Source: Candidatus Latescibacterota bacterium (GTDB lineage Bacteria > Latescibacterota > UBA2968 > UBA8231). Taken from it: 64,000 nt of DNA. Positions 49,075 to 59,100 of the stretch are shown in pieces. Each line of letters starts with the position of its first letter. Position 1 is the first letter of the stretch. Where the stretch lies: the NCBI GenBank assembly GCA_965248265.1, contig CBDFJF010000002.1:160001-224000 (forward strand), read 5' to 3'. The notes beneath the pieces are model-generated. The model had not been told where the DNA came from, searched no databases, and saw only the letters and a program-made list of their open reading frames with translations. Made by a program: the position numbers and the translations under genes.

Positions 49075-51198
49075 TCACCGCAGGAGCAGGAGCTTGTGCG
49101 CTGTTGTCTGCCCGCCAGCTTCCAGCCGGCACAAGTAGATGCCGCTGCCCACCGGCTGACCCCGATCATCACGGCCGTCCCAGGCAACGCTATGGGTTCC
49201 GGCTGAGCGGGCGCCTCTGGCCAACCGCGCGACGCGCTGACCGCCGAGGTTATATATCGACAGATCGACCTCGGCAACCGACACCAAACCATATTCGACC
49301 ATGGCTACGCCATTGAACGGGTTGGGGTAGGTGTTGAGCAGGCCCCAACCGGCACCAGACGGCCGCCCCTGGTCCTCGGCAATGGCCGTCGACAAATCGG
49401 CGGTTCGGGCGAGCAGCTTGCTGGCGCGCGTGCCGACATAGAGGGTCATGGGCAGCCGCGCTGTGGCGGCAAAGCACTCGATTTCCTGTACGGTCAGCCC
49501 GCTGTTGAATGCTGACCACGAGGTCCCGCCATCCGTGGTCGTCAGCACGCCGTCCTCAAGGGTTGCCAGATACAGTGTCGCGGGGTCGCCGCTACCGACT
49601 GCCAACCCACGGATGCCGGAGATATCCAGATCCGGGCTCAGCGATTCCCACGATGAACCACCATCTACAGTGCGGCACAGAGCGCCACGCTGGCCACCTG
49701 CATACACGGTCCCGGGTGCCGACGGATCAATGGCCAGGCTGAACACGTTCTGCGTTGTTAAGCCTGCGCTGGCGGAGGCCCAGTTACGGCCGCCGTCGCG
49801 GCTCTTGTACACGCCCGCGAGGAAGGGGGCAGCATACAGAACCTGGCCATCGAGCGGATCGATGCATATGTCCAGTACGGACAGGCCTGGCAGCCCCTGA
49901 TTGGCCGGGCTCCATGACGAGCCCCCGTCGCTGCTGACGAACACTCCCTGAGACAGCGTGCAGGCGAAGACTCGGTCCGGATTGCGCCCGTCGCCGGCCA
50001 GGCGGGTGACATGGGTGCCGGCCAAGTGCGTACTGGTCAGCCGCCACGAGCCGCCAGCAAAGTCGCGGCGATAGATGCCGCCATACCCGGCCGCCAAGTA
50101 GAGCACGTCGGGGTCGGGGCCAGCCACGGCGATGGAGACCGGGGACAGACTCGCCAGGCCCGTGTTGATGGCTTGCCAGCTGGCGCCGCCGTCATCGGTG
50201 CGGTAGGCCCCCGCGTCCGTTGCCGCATACAGGCGCCCCGGCGTGACCGCGTCGGCAGCCAGGTCGCGGACAATCACGTGGTTAAGGCCCGTTTCGGCTG
50301 ACGACCAATGGCCACCGCCATCGTCCGTGCGCACCAGGCCACCACGCTTGGCGAAGCCGGTGCCACGTATGAAGGAGGCATAGAGGATACGCGGGTCACC
50401 GGCGTCGCGCTCCAGGCAGTCGGCGTTGTCCAGAACCTCCGAGGCCAGACGGGTCCATGTCGCGCCGCCGTCCGCGGTCCTGAACAGTCCCCCGTCGCTA
50501 AGGAGGGCAGAGGTCGCGTAGACGACGTCGCGATTCAGAGGATCGAAAACGAAGTCGGCGGCCCGAAAGGAGCCGCCCGTTTCCTGCCAGGTACGGCCAC
50601 CATCCTCGCTGCGATGCACCATCCAGGCGGTGCTGGCAAAGACACGGCGTGGGTCGACTGGGTCGACGCCCACGCTTATGCCTGTCTTGCCGGAGAAGTA
50701 GTCGACGGCTGTCCAGGTCCTCCCGTCGTCGTCGCTCCTGCGCAAGCCGCCGCCTCCCGCAACATAGGCTGTGCCTTTGCCCAGAGGGGATGTCTCCAGA
50801 GCGAAGGGGTACTCGCCTAGGTCGACATCGACCGGCTGCCAGGATGCCGCATCGTCGTCGCTCCGAAAGAGGCTGGCCCTAGCGCCTCCGACGACGGCCA
50901 GTACCGTGTGTGGCGACGTGCGCGAGGTGGCCAGGAGGCCCACGTTGATCTCCCCTGCGTCTCCCAGGCCGCGGACGGCCGGGCCCCAGGAATCGCCGCC
51001 GTCCTGGCTCTTGTAGAGCCCGCCTCCGTCCCAGGCGCCCACGTACACCAACTCCGGGTCAAACGAGTTGATGGCTACCTGGCCCAGTTGCTGAGCCCCA
51101 TCAGGGCCCTGCCCAAGGAGGGTCCATCCAACTGCGTGGACGGGCGCATCAGCGGCGGCGAGCGCGAGCAGGAAGGGAACAAGCAGGGATGCTATCAT
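49075..51198 (-). CDS. Secreted BNR/Asp-box (VPS10/sortilin-like) beta-propeller protein with FlgD-Ig/T9SS-like C-terminal domain
   Basis: Signal peptide MIASLLVPFLLALAAADAPVHA, more than 10 S/TxDGGxSW boxes and 'TYPNPFNG...IYNLGGQ...WDGRDDRG..VGSGIY'. Confidence 0.88.
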   Translation of the reverse strand: MIASLLVPFLLALAAADAPVHAVGWTLLGQGPDGAQQLGQVAINSFDPELVYVGAWDGGGLYKSQDGGDSWGPAVRGLGDAGEINVGLLATSRTSPHTVLAVVGGARASLFRSDDDAASWQPVDVDLGEYPFALETSPLGKGTAYVAGGGGLRRSDDDGRTWTAVDYFSGKTGISVGVDPVDPRRVFASTAWMVHRSEDGGRTWQETGGSFRAADFVFDPLNRDVVYATSALLSDGGLFRTADGGATWTRLASEVLDNADCLERDAGDPRILYASFIRGTGFAKRGGLVRTDDGGGHWSSAETGLNHVIVRDLAADAVTPGRLYAATDAGAYRTDDGGASWQAINTGLASLSPVSIAVAGPDPDVLYLAAGYGGIYRRDFAGGSWRLTSTHLAGTHVTRLAGDGRNPDRVFACTLSQGVFVSSDGGSSWSPANQGLPGLSVLDICIDPLDGQVLYAAPFLAGVYKSRDGGRNWASASAGLTTQNVFSLAIDPSAPGTVYAGGQRGALCRTVDGGSSWESLSPDLDISGIRGLAVGSGDPATLYLATLEDGVLTTTDGGTSWSAFNSGLTVQEIECFAATARLPMTLYVGTRASKLLARTADLSTAIAEDQGRPSGAGWGLLNTYPNPFNGVAMVEYGLVSVAEVDLSIYNLGGQRVARLARGARSAGTHSVAWDGRDDRGQPVGSGIYLCRLEAGGQTTAHKLLLLR

Positions 51199-51690
51199 GG
51201 TCCGCAGGGCCGGGATCTCCACGACCTGGTGACGCTGCGGATGGGGATCGTCGCCGTTCAGCGACTGACCGCAGTGCGGGCAGGCGCTGGGCTTGATCGG
51301 CACCACCGCGTCCACCTGCTCCACCGCCCACAGCGCGCGTCCATGGCTCTTTGTGACCCGGCTGCGCGCCGGGCGACCGACCCGCAGTCGAGCGTTTCGT
51401 GCCGGATCCCTGAGAAGGTTGAGCGGTCGAGGACGACGACGAGCTCTGAGCGCCACCGCGGCCCCGTCCTTTTCGGCGCGCCAGTTCCTTTTCCAACACC
51501 GTGATCCGCGCCGCTTGCTGCTCCACCACCTGCTCGAGGTGGCTGACGCGCTCCCACAAGCTGACCACCAACACCTGCACCGCGGATCGGCGTAGCCTGC
51601 CAGTCGCTGTCGGAGATCGGAAGCTGAGGGGGTTTGTCCACGACGCCGCCCGTATCGGTAGGAACGTGCCAACCAATCAATTGCTCCCAA
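51199..51690 (-). pseudogene. IS66 transposase N-terminal remnant
   Basis: 'WQATP..VQVLVVSLWERV..LEQ', 'PGAQPGH' and 'VPIKPSACPHCGQSL.GDDPHP.RHQVVEIP'. Homologous to 35662-37170. Confidence 0.8.
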
Positions 51691-51888
51691 GATACCAGCG
51701 AACACCAAAACAGAACAGCTCTTTTTCAATTCTTGCTCAATTTCCCGTGGGGGACTGACGCTCCGCTCCAACCCGCTCCACAACTTCCCGTCGCGCACCC
51801 GCTTTTCCAAGGACCCATCCGAATGCTTATGGGAAAGCTGGCCGCCGCCTGCGACCGATAGATACCCGACGATGCCGCGAAGACTGGC

Positions 51889-53043
51889 CTACTCAACCGG
51901 GATGATCTCCACGCGGCGGTTCAATGCGCGCCCAGCCGCCGTGGCTTTAGGGCTGGCCGGCTCGCTCTCGCCCTTGGATTCGAGGCGCATACGTCCGGCG
52001 TCAATCCCGTTCGATATCATATAATTCTCGACCGCCAGGCACCGCTTCATGCCCAACTTGGTATTGTACAAGTTGGGGCCACTACTATCGGTGTGGCCCC
52101 GCAGCACCACCGCCACCCCTGGGCGCTCCATCAGATCCTGGGTTACGCCGTCAAGGATCTGTTCGGCTTCGCCGGACAGATCCGCCAAGTTCAGGTCGAA
52201 CAGGACAGTGCGCTGAGCTATGGGCATGGGCATTTCCACGAAGCGCTCCTCGTCCTCCCCTTTTTCTAAGAGATCGATATCGAAGACGGGGCTCAGGTCC
52301 TCGTCGTCGGTATCGGCCGTATCGGGTTCGGTTTGGGGCTGCGTGACTTCCACTTCGTCATCAGTGAATTCGTTTCCGTCCGTATCCATCTGCGCTACGG
52401 AGACCGCCGGAGCGGGCCGACGGGCCGATTTGTCGCCGAAGCGGCCGAGCGTCAGACCGATCGTCCCTCGCCACAAAGCGTCGTTACCTCCGTCTTCGAC
52501 TGCATTGATGGCGTCGCTGAGGGCCATCGTATAGCCGAGAGCGACTTCCAAAGCCAGATTGTCTGATAATTTATACCGGACCCCGGTACCCAACGGAATC
52601 ATGGGAACGGAGCCGATGCCGTCCAGTCCGGGCGTGCGCAAAGGCGAAATATTGGGCTGATCCCAATCGTAGCGCAGGATGCCAATACCGCTGGATAAGT
52701 ATAGATCCCACTGCCTGCGGACGACGGGACTGAACAGGAGGCGGCCGCTGACCATCCCGACATCGACTCCCGAGTCAGAGGAATTGATCCGCTTGTAGCC
52801 TCCGTTCAATTCGAATTGCCATTTGGAAACAATGTCGCGCCGAACATAGATAGATCCCAGTACGTTGATCTCATCTTCTAACTCGGTGGTGGGCAACAGG
52901 CCGCCCACATTGCTTCCGACAGAGAAGCGAGTCAACTCATCGGGGTCGGATTGGGCCGAAGCAGCCGGGGCCAATAGTAAACCCCCTGCGATGAGCGCGA
53001 GAGCCGAGAATAACAAGTGGTGGGGGTATTGTGCGGTTTTCAT
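51889..53043 (-). CDS. OmpA-family protein (N-terminal beta-barrel + peptidoglycan-binding domain)
   Basis: Signal peptide, barrel strands, acidic linker and 'VLFD...GHTDS.G...N..LG..R...GE..P...NRRVEI'. Confidence 0.9.
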   Translation of the reverse strand: MKTAQYPHHLLFSALALIAGGLLLAPAASAQSDPDELTRFSVGSNVGGLLPTTELEDEINVLGSIYVRRDIVSKWQFELNGGYKRINSSDSGVDVGMVSGRLLFSPVVRRQWDLYLSSGIGILRYDWDQPNISPLRTPGLDGIGSVPMIPLGTGVRYKLSDNLALEVALGYTMALSDAINAVEDGGNDALWRGTIGLTLGRFGDKSARRPAPAVSVAQMDTDGNEFTDDEVEVTQPQTEPDTADTDDEDLSPVFDIDLLEKGEDEERFVEMPMPIAQRTVLFDLNLADLSGEAEQILDGVTQDLMERPGVAVVLRGHTDSSGPNLYNTKLGMKRCLAVENYMISNGIDAGRMRLESKGESEPASPKATAAGRALNRRVEIIPVE

Positions 53044-53060
53044 AACTATATTCCTCCACT

Positions 53061-53123
53061 ATTACTATACATGATTGTCATTTATTACTATACATGATTG
53101 TCATTGATCATTGTCATTGATCA
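53061..53123. repeat. AT-rich tandem repeats upstream of the ompA-like gene
   Basis: ATTACTATACATGATTGTCATT x2 (53061, 53084), then ATTGTCATTGATCA reiterations. Confidence 0.8.
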
Positions 53124-53250
53124 AAAAATTGAGATGATGAATAAAATGATGAATCTAATATTTAACTTTGCCTGCAGCAAGTTCTCCAGCGCCCCAGGGT
53201 TTTCTTGGACACATTAGAGGGTCCATATGGACCTGAAAGGAGTGTTCGAG

Positions 53251-53562
53251 ATGGTTCGGGTCGGCCGATTCTCCGCTCGTCGAAAGCAGGAGGCGGTGTT
53301 GCGCCTGCTGCGTGGGGAGGACCTGGAGGTCCTGTCCCGGGAGTTGGGTGTGATGGCAGCCACGCTGAGTGAGTGGCGCGAGCAGTTCCTGGGTGGGGGT
53401 GAGTCAGCTCTGCACAGCCGTACTCGTGATGAGCGGGATGAACAGATCGCCCGCCTGAAAGCGAAGGTGGGGGATCTGACGATGGACAACGAGTTGCTGG
53501 AGTCCAAGATCCATCGCCTGGAGGATGGACTCCCTTTGGCATCCCGGAGGTCGAAGCGATGA
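53251..53562 (+). CDS. Transposase OrfA (HTH + leucine zipper)
   Basis: 'RFSARRKQEAVLRLLRGE...LSRELGV..ATL.EWR..F...LKAKVGDLTMDNELL'. Confidence 0.85.
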   Translation: MVRVGRFSARRKQEAVLRLLRGEDLEVLSRELGVMAATLSEWREQFLGGGESALHSRTRDERDEQIARLKAKVGDLTMDNELLESKIHRLEDGLPLASRRSKR

Positions 53563-54473
53563 GCCAGACCCAGTCGCCCTCCAGGAAGCGGCCGTACAGG
53601 CTGCAGCGTGTGTGTCGGGTCTGGCAGTTTCCTCGCTCCACCGTCCACGAGCATCGGCGTCGGGCGGCTCTGCGTCCGGAGGAGCGTCTTGAGCGGAAGA
53701 AACGAGGTCCCCAAGGGCCGTGTACCGACGATGAGCTAGCTGAGAAGATTCGCCAGTTGCTGAAGGCGTCCCCCTTTCACGGGGAAGGCTACCGCAAGAT
53801 GTGGGCCCAGCTGCGGGCGCAGGACATCCGCACCTCGAAGGAGCGTGTACGCCGTGTGATGCGCGAGCACGGCCTGCAGGTGCCGCAACGCGCCGGCCAG
53901 CCAAGGGGCCCGCAAGCACACGACGGGACGATCACCACCGAGCGACCAGACCAGATGTGGGGAACCGACTTGACCACCACCGTGACCACCGGCGAAGGCA
54001 CAGCTACGGTCTTCGTCGCTGTCGACCACTGCAGCTCGGAGTGCATCGGCATTCATGCAGCGGCCACAGGCGACCGTTTCGAGGCCCTGGAGCCGATCCA
54101 CCAGGGAGTCCGCGAACACTTCGGCGGCTTCGACAAGGGTATCGCCGGGGGGCTGCAGCTGCGCCACGATCATGGCTCTGCGTACATGTCCGACCACTTC
54201 CAGAAACAGATCGACTTCCTGGGCATCGAGTCGTCGCCCAGCTTCGTGCGTGCCCCGGAGGGCAATGGCTGCTCCGAGCGATTCATCCGCACCCTCAAAG
54301 AGAATCTCCTGTGGGTCCGATACTTTGCCACGGTCGAAGAGCTCCGTCTTGCCCTGCTCGAATTCAAGAGCAAGAGAGTCTACAACGAGAAATGGCTCCT
54401 CGAGCGACACAACTATCAGACGCCAGACCAGGTGCGCCGTAGCTTCCAGCAGGAGTTGTCCAAGGCGGCCTGA
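53559..54473 (+). CDS. Transposase OrfB (rve DDE integrase core)
   Basis: 'GYRKMW', 'WGTDLT', 'RHDHGSAY' and 'PEGNGCSERFIRTLKE'. Confidence 0.9.
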   Translation: MSQTQSPSRKRPYRLQRVCRVWQFPRSTVHEHRRRAALRPEERLERKKRGPQGPCTDDELAEKIRQLLKASPFHGEGYRKMWAQLRAQDIRTSKERVRRVMREHGLQVPQRAGQPRGPQAHDGTITTERPDQMWGTDLTTTVTTGEGTATVFVAVDHCSSECIGIHAAATGDRFEALEPIHQGVREHFGGFDKGIAGGLQLRHDHGSAYMSDHFQKQIDFLGIESSPSFVRAPEGNGCSERFIRTLKENLLWVRYFATVEELRLALLEFKSKRVYNEKWLLERHNYQTPDQVRRSFQQELSKAA

Positions 54474-54529
54474 CCATCCGCCAAATCAGTGTCCAGAAAC
54501 CCAGGGCTTTACATTCTGCGGTGCCTAAG

Positions 54530-55540
54530 TTTCAGGCGCATTTTGGCGGCTTTCTTGAACAGAGTCGGGGGCCGTCAGGGACTGACAGCTGAACTCGAAG
54601 CGTTGAGACAGCGGGTCCGAGGCGGACGAGGGCGAAGTGGAGGTCGCCCGCGTCGAGGTCAAGCTCCGCGCCGGGATCGCTCCCGACAGATCGTGGACGT
54701 TGCCGCGGGTGGGCAGCAGACGGCCGTCCCTCTGGATCTCGTTGACGTATTTGGTTGACCACGGCGTTGCAGACACGCAGCAGGATGGACAGATCCAGCT
54801 GCGTGAGCAAGGCGCCCTGATCGAAGGCTTCGTGGACCGAGTCGCTTCTTGCGCAGGGAGACGGCGTTGAAGCCGTGATCGATGTCGTGATCGGTAACGA
54901 AGGAGAGGACGATCGGTTTCATCGGGGTGTTGGCGATATGGACCGGTACTTCTTGGGACGCTCCTGGGTGGGACGGCCATCCACACGATCTGACCATAGT
55001 GCAGATGGTGCAGGAGGAGACGATGCAGCCCCTTGCCTTTTGAGGCGTCGGCACTTCTTCAACTGGATCTGGGCTTTGGTCAGGGACTTGCTCATGGGAA
55101 TGGCCTCCCGGTACCGGCGCAAGGCGCCGCTTTTTTGCCGCTTCACCGGAAGACTGCGGCATCAGCTGCTGCTGGTGGAGACGTTCGTTATCCTGGCGGT
55201 CACAGGTCGTGTGGAACTCGAGGTATTCGCGCACCAGGCGGTCGGATTTCTGCGTGATGCGTCGAATCTGTTTCGGCGTGAATCCCTGGCGATGCAGGGA
55301 GGCGATCTGGATGAAGTCGGACAGGTAGCGTCGACCGCTGGTCTCGGAGTGGTTGGTCTGGCGCTCGATGTCGCTGAGGGAATAGTCCTTGAAGTAGAGG
55401 TCGAGGATGATCGTATTGTGAGACTGCCCCGGCCCCATGTCGTGCTTGCTGCCGCGAGTAAGGATGAACAAGCCCTAGCGGCGCAGATGGGGCCACGTCC
55501 CGATTGACCGTGGCCGGGCTCGTCGTCAGCAGCATGGCCA
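54530..55540 (-). pseudogene. Two tandem DUF1670-type genes, decayed
   Basis: 'TRGSKHDMGPGQSH...IERQTNHS.....RYLSDF' and 'QGALLTQLDLS.LL...LLPTRGNVHDL'. Confidence 0.65.
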
Positions 55541-55710
55541 GGGCTTCGTTTTTTCGAATGAGGGGAAATGTGAGGCAAAAGGACTTCCACCAGCGGGACC
55601 TCGGAGAACCATTCGTTGACGTCCGTAAGGCTCTGAAAATCAACGGATTACGCATGTCCGTACTAAGGGAGCGTGGATTGCGGGAAGGCTGCAAGCCCTC
55701 CACCATATTG

Positions 55711-55751
55711 AAAAAGGCGTGGCTCCCTGTTTTTTGGGGGTTGCGCCTTTT
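55711..55751. terminator. Bidirectional-type terminator after the att core (copy A)
   Basis: AAAAGGCGTGGCTCCC…GGGGGTTGCGCCTTTT; homologous to 60796-60836. Confidence 0.75.
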
Positions 55752-55769
55752 CTTGTTCTGGGCGCGTGG

Positions 55770-55981
55770 GCGGGCTCTGTGTCTGTGCCGGTCGGCCAGG
55801 CGTTCGGGCCCAGGAGCCCTGCGGGCTCCTGACGCCGCCAGCGCGGAGGGCCGACAGAGTCGGCATCCTGCTTCCACTGTCGGTTCGCGACTTCGTGTCG
55901 CGAACCCCTTCGGGGCAAAAACCCTCCGCGCTGGCGGCTTGCCCTACCGCAATGGCCGTCCGGCACAGACACAGAGACCGC
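55770..55981. repeat. 212-bp nested inverted-repeat element (REP/MITE-like)
   Basis: 27/29 terminal IR (55770-55798 / 55953-55981), a 17-bp inner IR and further small hairpins. Absent from the homologous leader of copy B. Confidence 0.75.
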
Positions 55982-56058
55982 TACGGCACAGAATCACTGT
56001 GGCGAAAACATGGACATACACATCGCCCATTTAGTGGCCCAAGAACGAGCAAAAATCG

Positions 56059-56120
56059 TCGAAAAGAGGTTTCACAAGACTTATACTGAGTAGAATGAAT
56101 CTCACTCAGGAGACTTTCTG
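56059..56120 (+). promoter_or_regulatory. Putative promoter and leader of fibre gene A
   Basis: TCGAAA-17-TATACT, CTGAGT…ACTCAG hairpin abutting the AGGAG RBS. Conserved before gene B. Confidence 0.5.
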
Positions 56121-59100
56121 ATGAAACGCCTACTACTTGTCGCGTCACTGCTCGCTGCTCTTCCTGCTCAGGCACAGGAGACGGTACCTAAGACGATCGC
56201 CTACATGGGCTACTTGACGGACGCCTCAGGGGACGTTGTCGATGATGGCGACCACACGATCACCTTTCGCCTTTATGAGCAGGCAGCAGGAGGTGTCGTG
56301 GTATGGGAGGCGAGCCGTACGGTGACGACGGGCGACGGGCTCTTCAGTGTGGTGCTGGGCGAGACTGTGTCTCTGGCTGAGGTGCCCTTTGACCGGCCCT
56401 ATTACCTGGGCATCTCGATCGGCGCTGGCGATGAGCTGGCCCCACGCATACCCCTGGTAGCCTCTGCCTACAGCCTTCATGCCAAGAGTGTCGAAGCGGG
56501 TGCCGTGGGTACGGAGCAGCTTGCCGATGACTCGGTGACCGGCGCCAAGGTAGCGGATGCCGCAGTAGGCACGGCGCAGTTAGCCGACGGCTCTGTGACC
56601 GCGGACAAGGTTGCGGATGCAGCGATCACGAGCGACGAGCTGGCAGCTGATGCGGTGACGGCAGTCAAGATCGCCTCGGGTGCCGTGGTCACGAGCGTGA
56701 ACAATGTCACCGGTGGGGTCACGGTCACGGGTGGCGACAACGTATCCGTGGCCACCAATGGCAGCATCGTGACTATTACGGCCACAGGCTCAGAGCTGGC
56801 CGATGATTCCGTGACCTCGGCCAAGATCGCCGCCGACGCGGTAACGGCGACACAAATCGCGGCTGATGCGGTGGGCAATTCCGAACTGGCAGATGTCGCT
56901 GTGTCCACCGCCAAGATCCAGGATGCCTCCGTGACTTCAACGAAACTGGCCACGGACACCGCGGTATTAAGCCTCAACGAGGCCACCAACGACGTAACAC
57001 TGGTCGAGGGTGCCAACATCGACATTGTTCGAGTTGGCCAGAACATCACGATCTCGACCACCGGCGGAAATGAAGTGGGCACCGGTGACATAGCGGACAA
57101 TTCGATCACGAGTGCGAAGATCATCGACAGCGCGATCGCGGAGGCGGATCTGGGTGCCGATGCCGTAACGAGTGCCAAGATCGCCGATGGCACCATCGCC
57201 GCTGCCGATCTGGCGACTAATTCAGTGGGTAGCGACGAAATCACGGCCGGTGCTGTCGGTGGTGCGGAGCTGGGTGCTGACGCCGTCACTTCGGCGAAGA
57301 TTGGTGATGGCACCATACTGGCTGCCGACATCGCCGCTGCTCAGGTAGTCACCAGCGTCAACAACCTGGAAGACGCCGTTACGCTGGCGGCAGGATCTAA
57401 CATCGCCATTACCCCGACCGGCAATACCTTGACTATCGACGCCACGGCTGGGGGTGATATTACTGGGGTAACGGCGGGTACGGGCCTTGCCAATGGCGGC
57501 ACCACCGGTGATGTAACCCTCGATATTGCTGCAGGCGGAGTCGGTACCACGGAACTGGCCGCGGGTGCGGTGACCTCGGCCGAGATTGCCAATGCGACCA
57601 TTGTGGCCGGTGATGTGGCCGCAGGGGCCGTGGTCAAGACCGTGAACAGCCTCACGGATGCCGTGACCTTGGCTGCCGGTACCAACATGGCCATCGCACC
57701 TTCGGGCAACACGCTGACCTTTAACGCTACTGACACGGATACTGATACCGACACCCAGAACACGCTTGACCAGGCATACGACGAGCCCACTGCGGGAGCT
57801 GGCCGTACCATCACAGCGGACAACGGGGCGGTTGATATCGCCGGAGCGGGAGGGTTGACGGTGAATGGCAACGTCGGTATTGGAACGACGAGTCCAACCG
57901 CAAAGGTCCACATTACCAATGGGAGCCTCCTCCTTAACGGTACGACGGGAGCGATTCCGGCCACCGGAGCGGGCACTCGGTTGATGTGGTATCCCGCGAA
58001 GGCAGCGTTCAGAGCTGGATCCGTCACTGGCACACACTGGGATGATGGAAGCGTCGGCCTCAATTCCACCGTCGGCGGTGGCTCGAACAACCAGGCTGGA
58101 GGGGCCGATGCCACGATCGGCGGTGGCAACACCAACAACGTAAGCGGCGCCCAGGCGACCATCGGTGGTGGTATTTCCAACATAGCCAGCGGCAATCAGT
58201 CCACCGTCGGCGGTGGAAACACGAACACGGCGAGCGCCGTAAACGCAGCCGTCGGTGGCGGCGCGAGCAACCAGGCCACTGCCACAAACGCCACTGTTGC
58301 CGGTGGCGGCGCAAACATCGCCAGCGCTATCAACGCCACCGTCGCTGGGGGTAACGTGAATACGGTAAGTGGTGATTACGGCTTCATCGGCAGCGGCAAC
58401 TCGAACAATGTTACCGACCACTTCGGTACGATCGGCGGTGGCTCGAGTAACCAGGCAGGCGACAATGCAGGCACGACAGCCGATGCAACCAATGCAACCG
58501 TTGGCGGCGGAATCTCGAACACCGCGACTGCAACCTACGCGACCGTCGGTGGCGGCTTGACCAATGCTGCCACCCTGAGCGCCGCCACAGTCTCTGGAGG
58601 CGCCAACAACACGGCCGCAGGCAACCAGGGGGTCATCGGCGGTGGTTCCGGCAACGATGTCACCGATGACTACGGCACCATCGGAGGTGGACAGAATAAC
58701 CAGGCCGGCGACAATGCCGGCGTCGTGACCGATCGACAGTATGCGACCGTTGGTGGTGGCGTGTCGAACACCGCGAGTGGAGCCCAGTCGACGATCGGAG
58801 GAGGGACGACGAACACGGCAAACGCCCAGAACGCCACCGTCGGAGGTGGAACGGGCAACACGGCCAGTGGCGTGAACTCTACCCTTGCAGGGGGAGCCTT
58901 AAACAATGCCATAGCCGATAACTCGGCTATTGGTGGTGGCAGTACTAACACGGCAAGCAACACCTACGCGGTTGTCGCCGGTGGATTGTCAAATACAGCC
59001 AGCGGAGACCGTGCAACGGTTGGTGGCGGCGATGCCAATACTGCCACTGGGTTGCGAGCAACAGTAGCCGGAGGGACTTCCAACAGTGCCAGCAATGCCC

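Larger units (their letters stand above)
53185..54513 (+). mobile_element. IS3-like insertion sequence (orfA/orfB)
   Basis: Imperfect IRs (…GGGTTTTCTTGGACAC / GTGTCCAGAAACCCAGGGCTTTACA). Left boundary approximate. Confidence 0.8.
11885..55706. mobile_element. ~43.8-kb composite genomic island / decayed prophage integrated at the ssrA 3' end
   Basis: CCTCCACCAT at 11885-11894 and 55697-55706. The sequence after 55706 matches the sequence after the longer ssrA copy at 60765. A large serine recombinase lies near the left end; the interior is phage and IS content. Confidence 0.75.
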
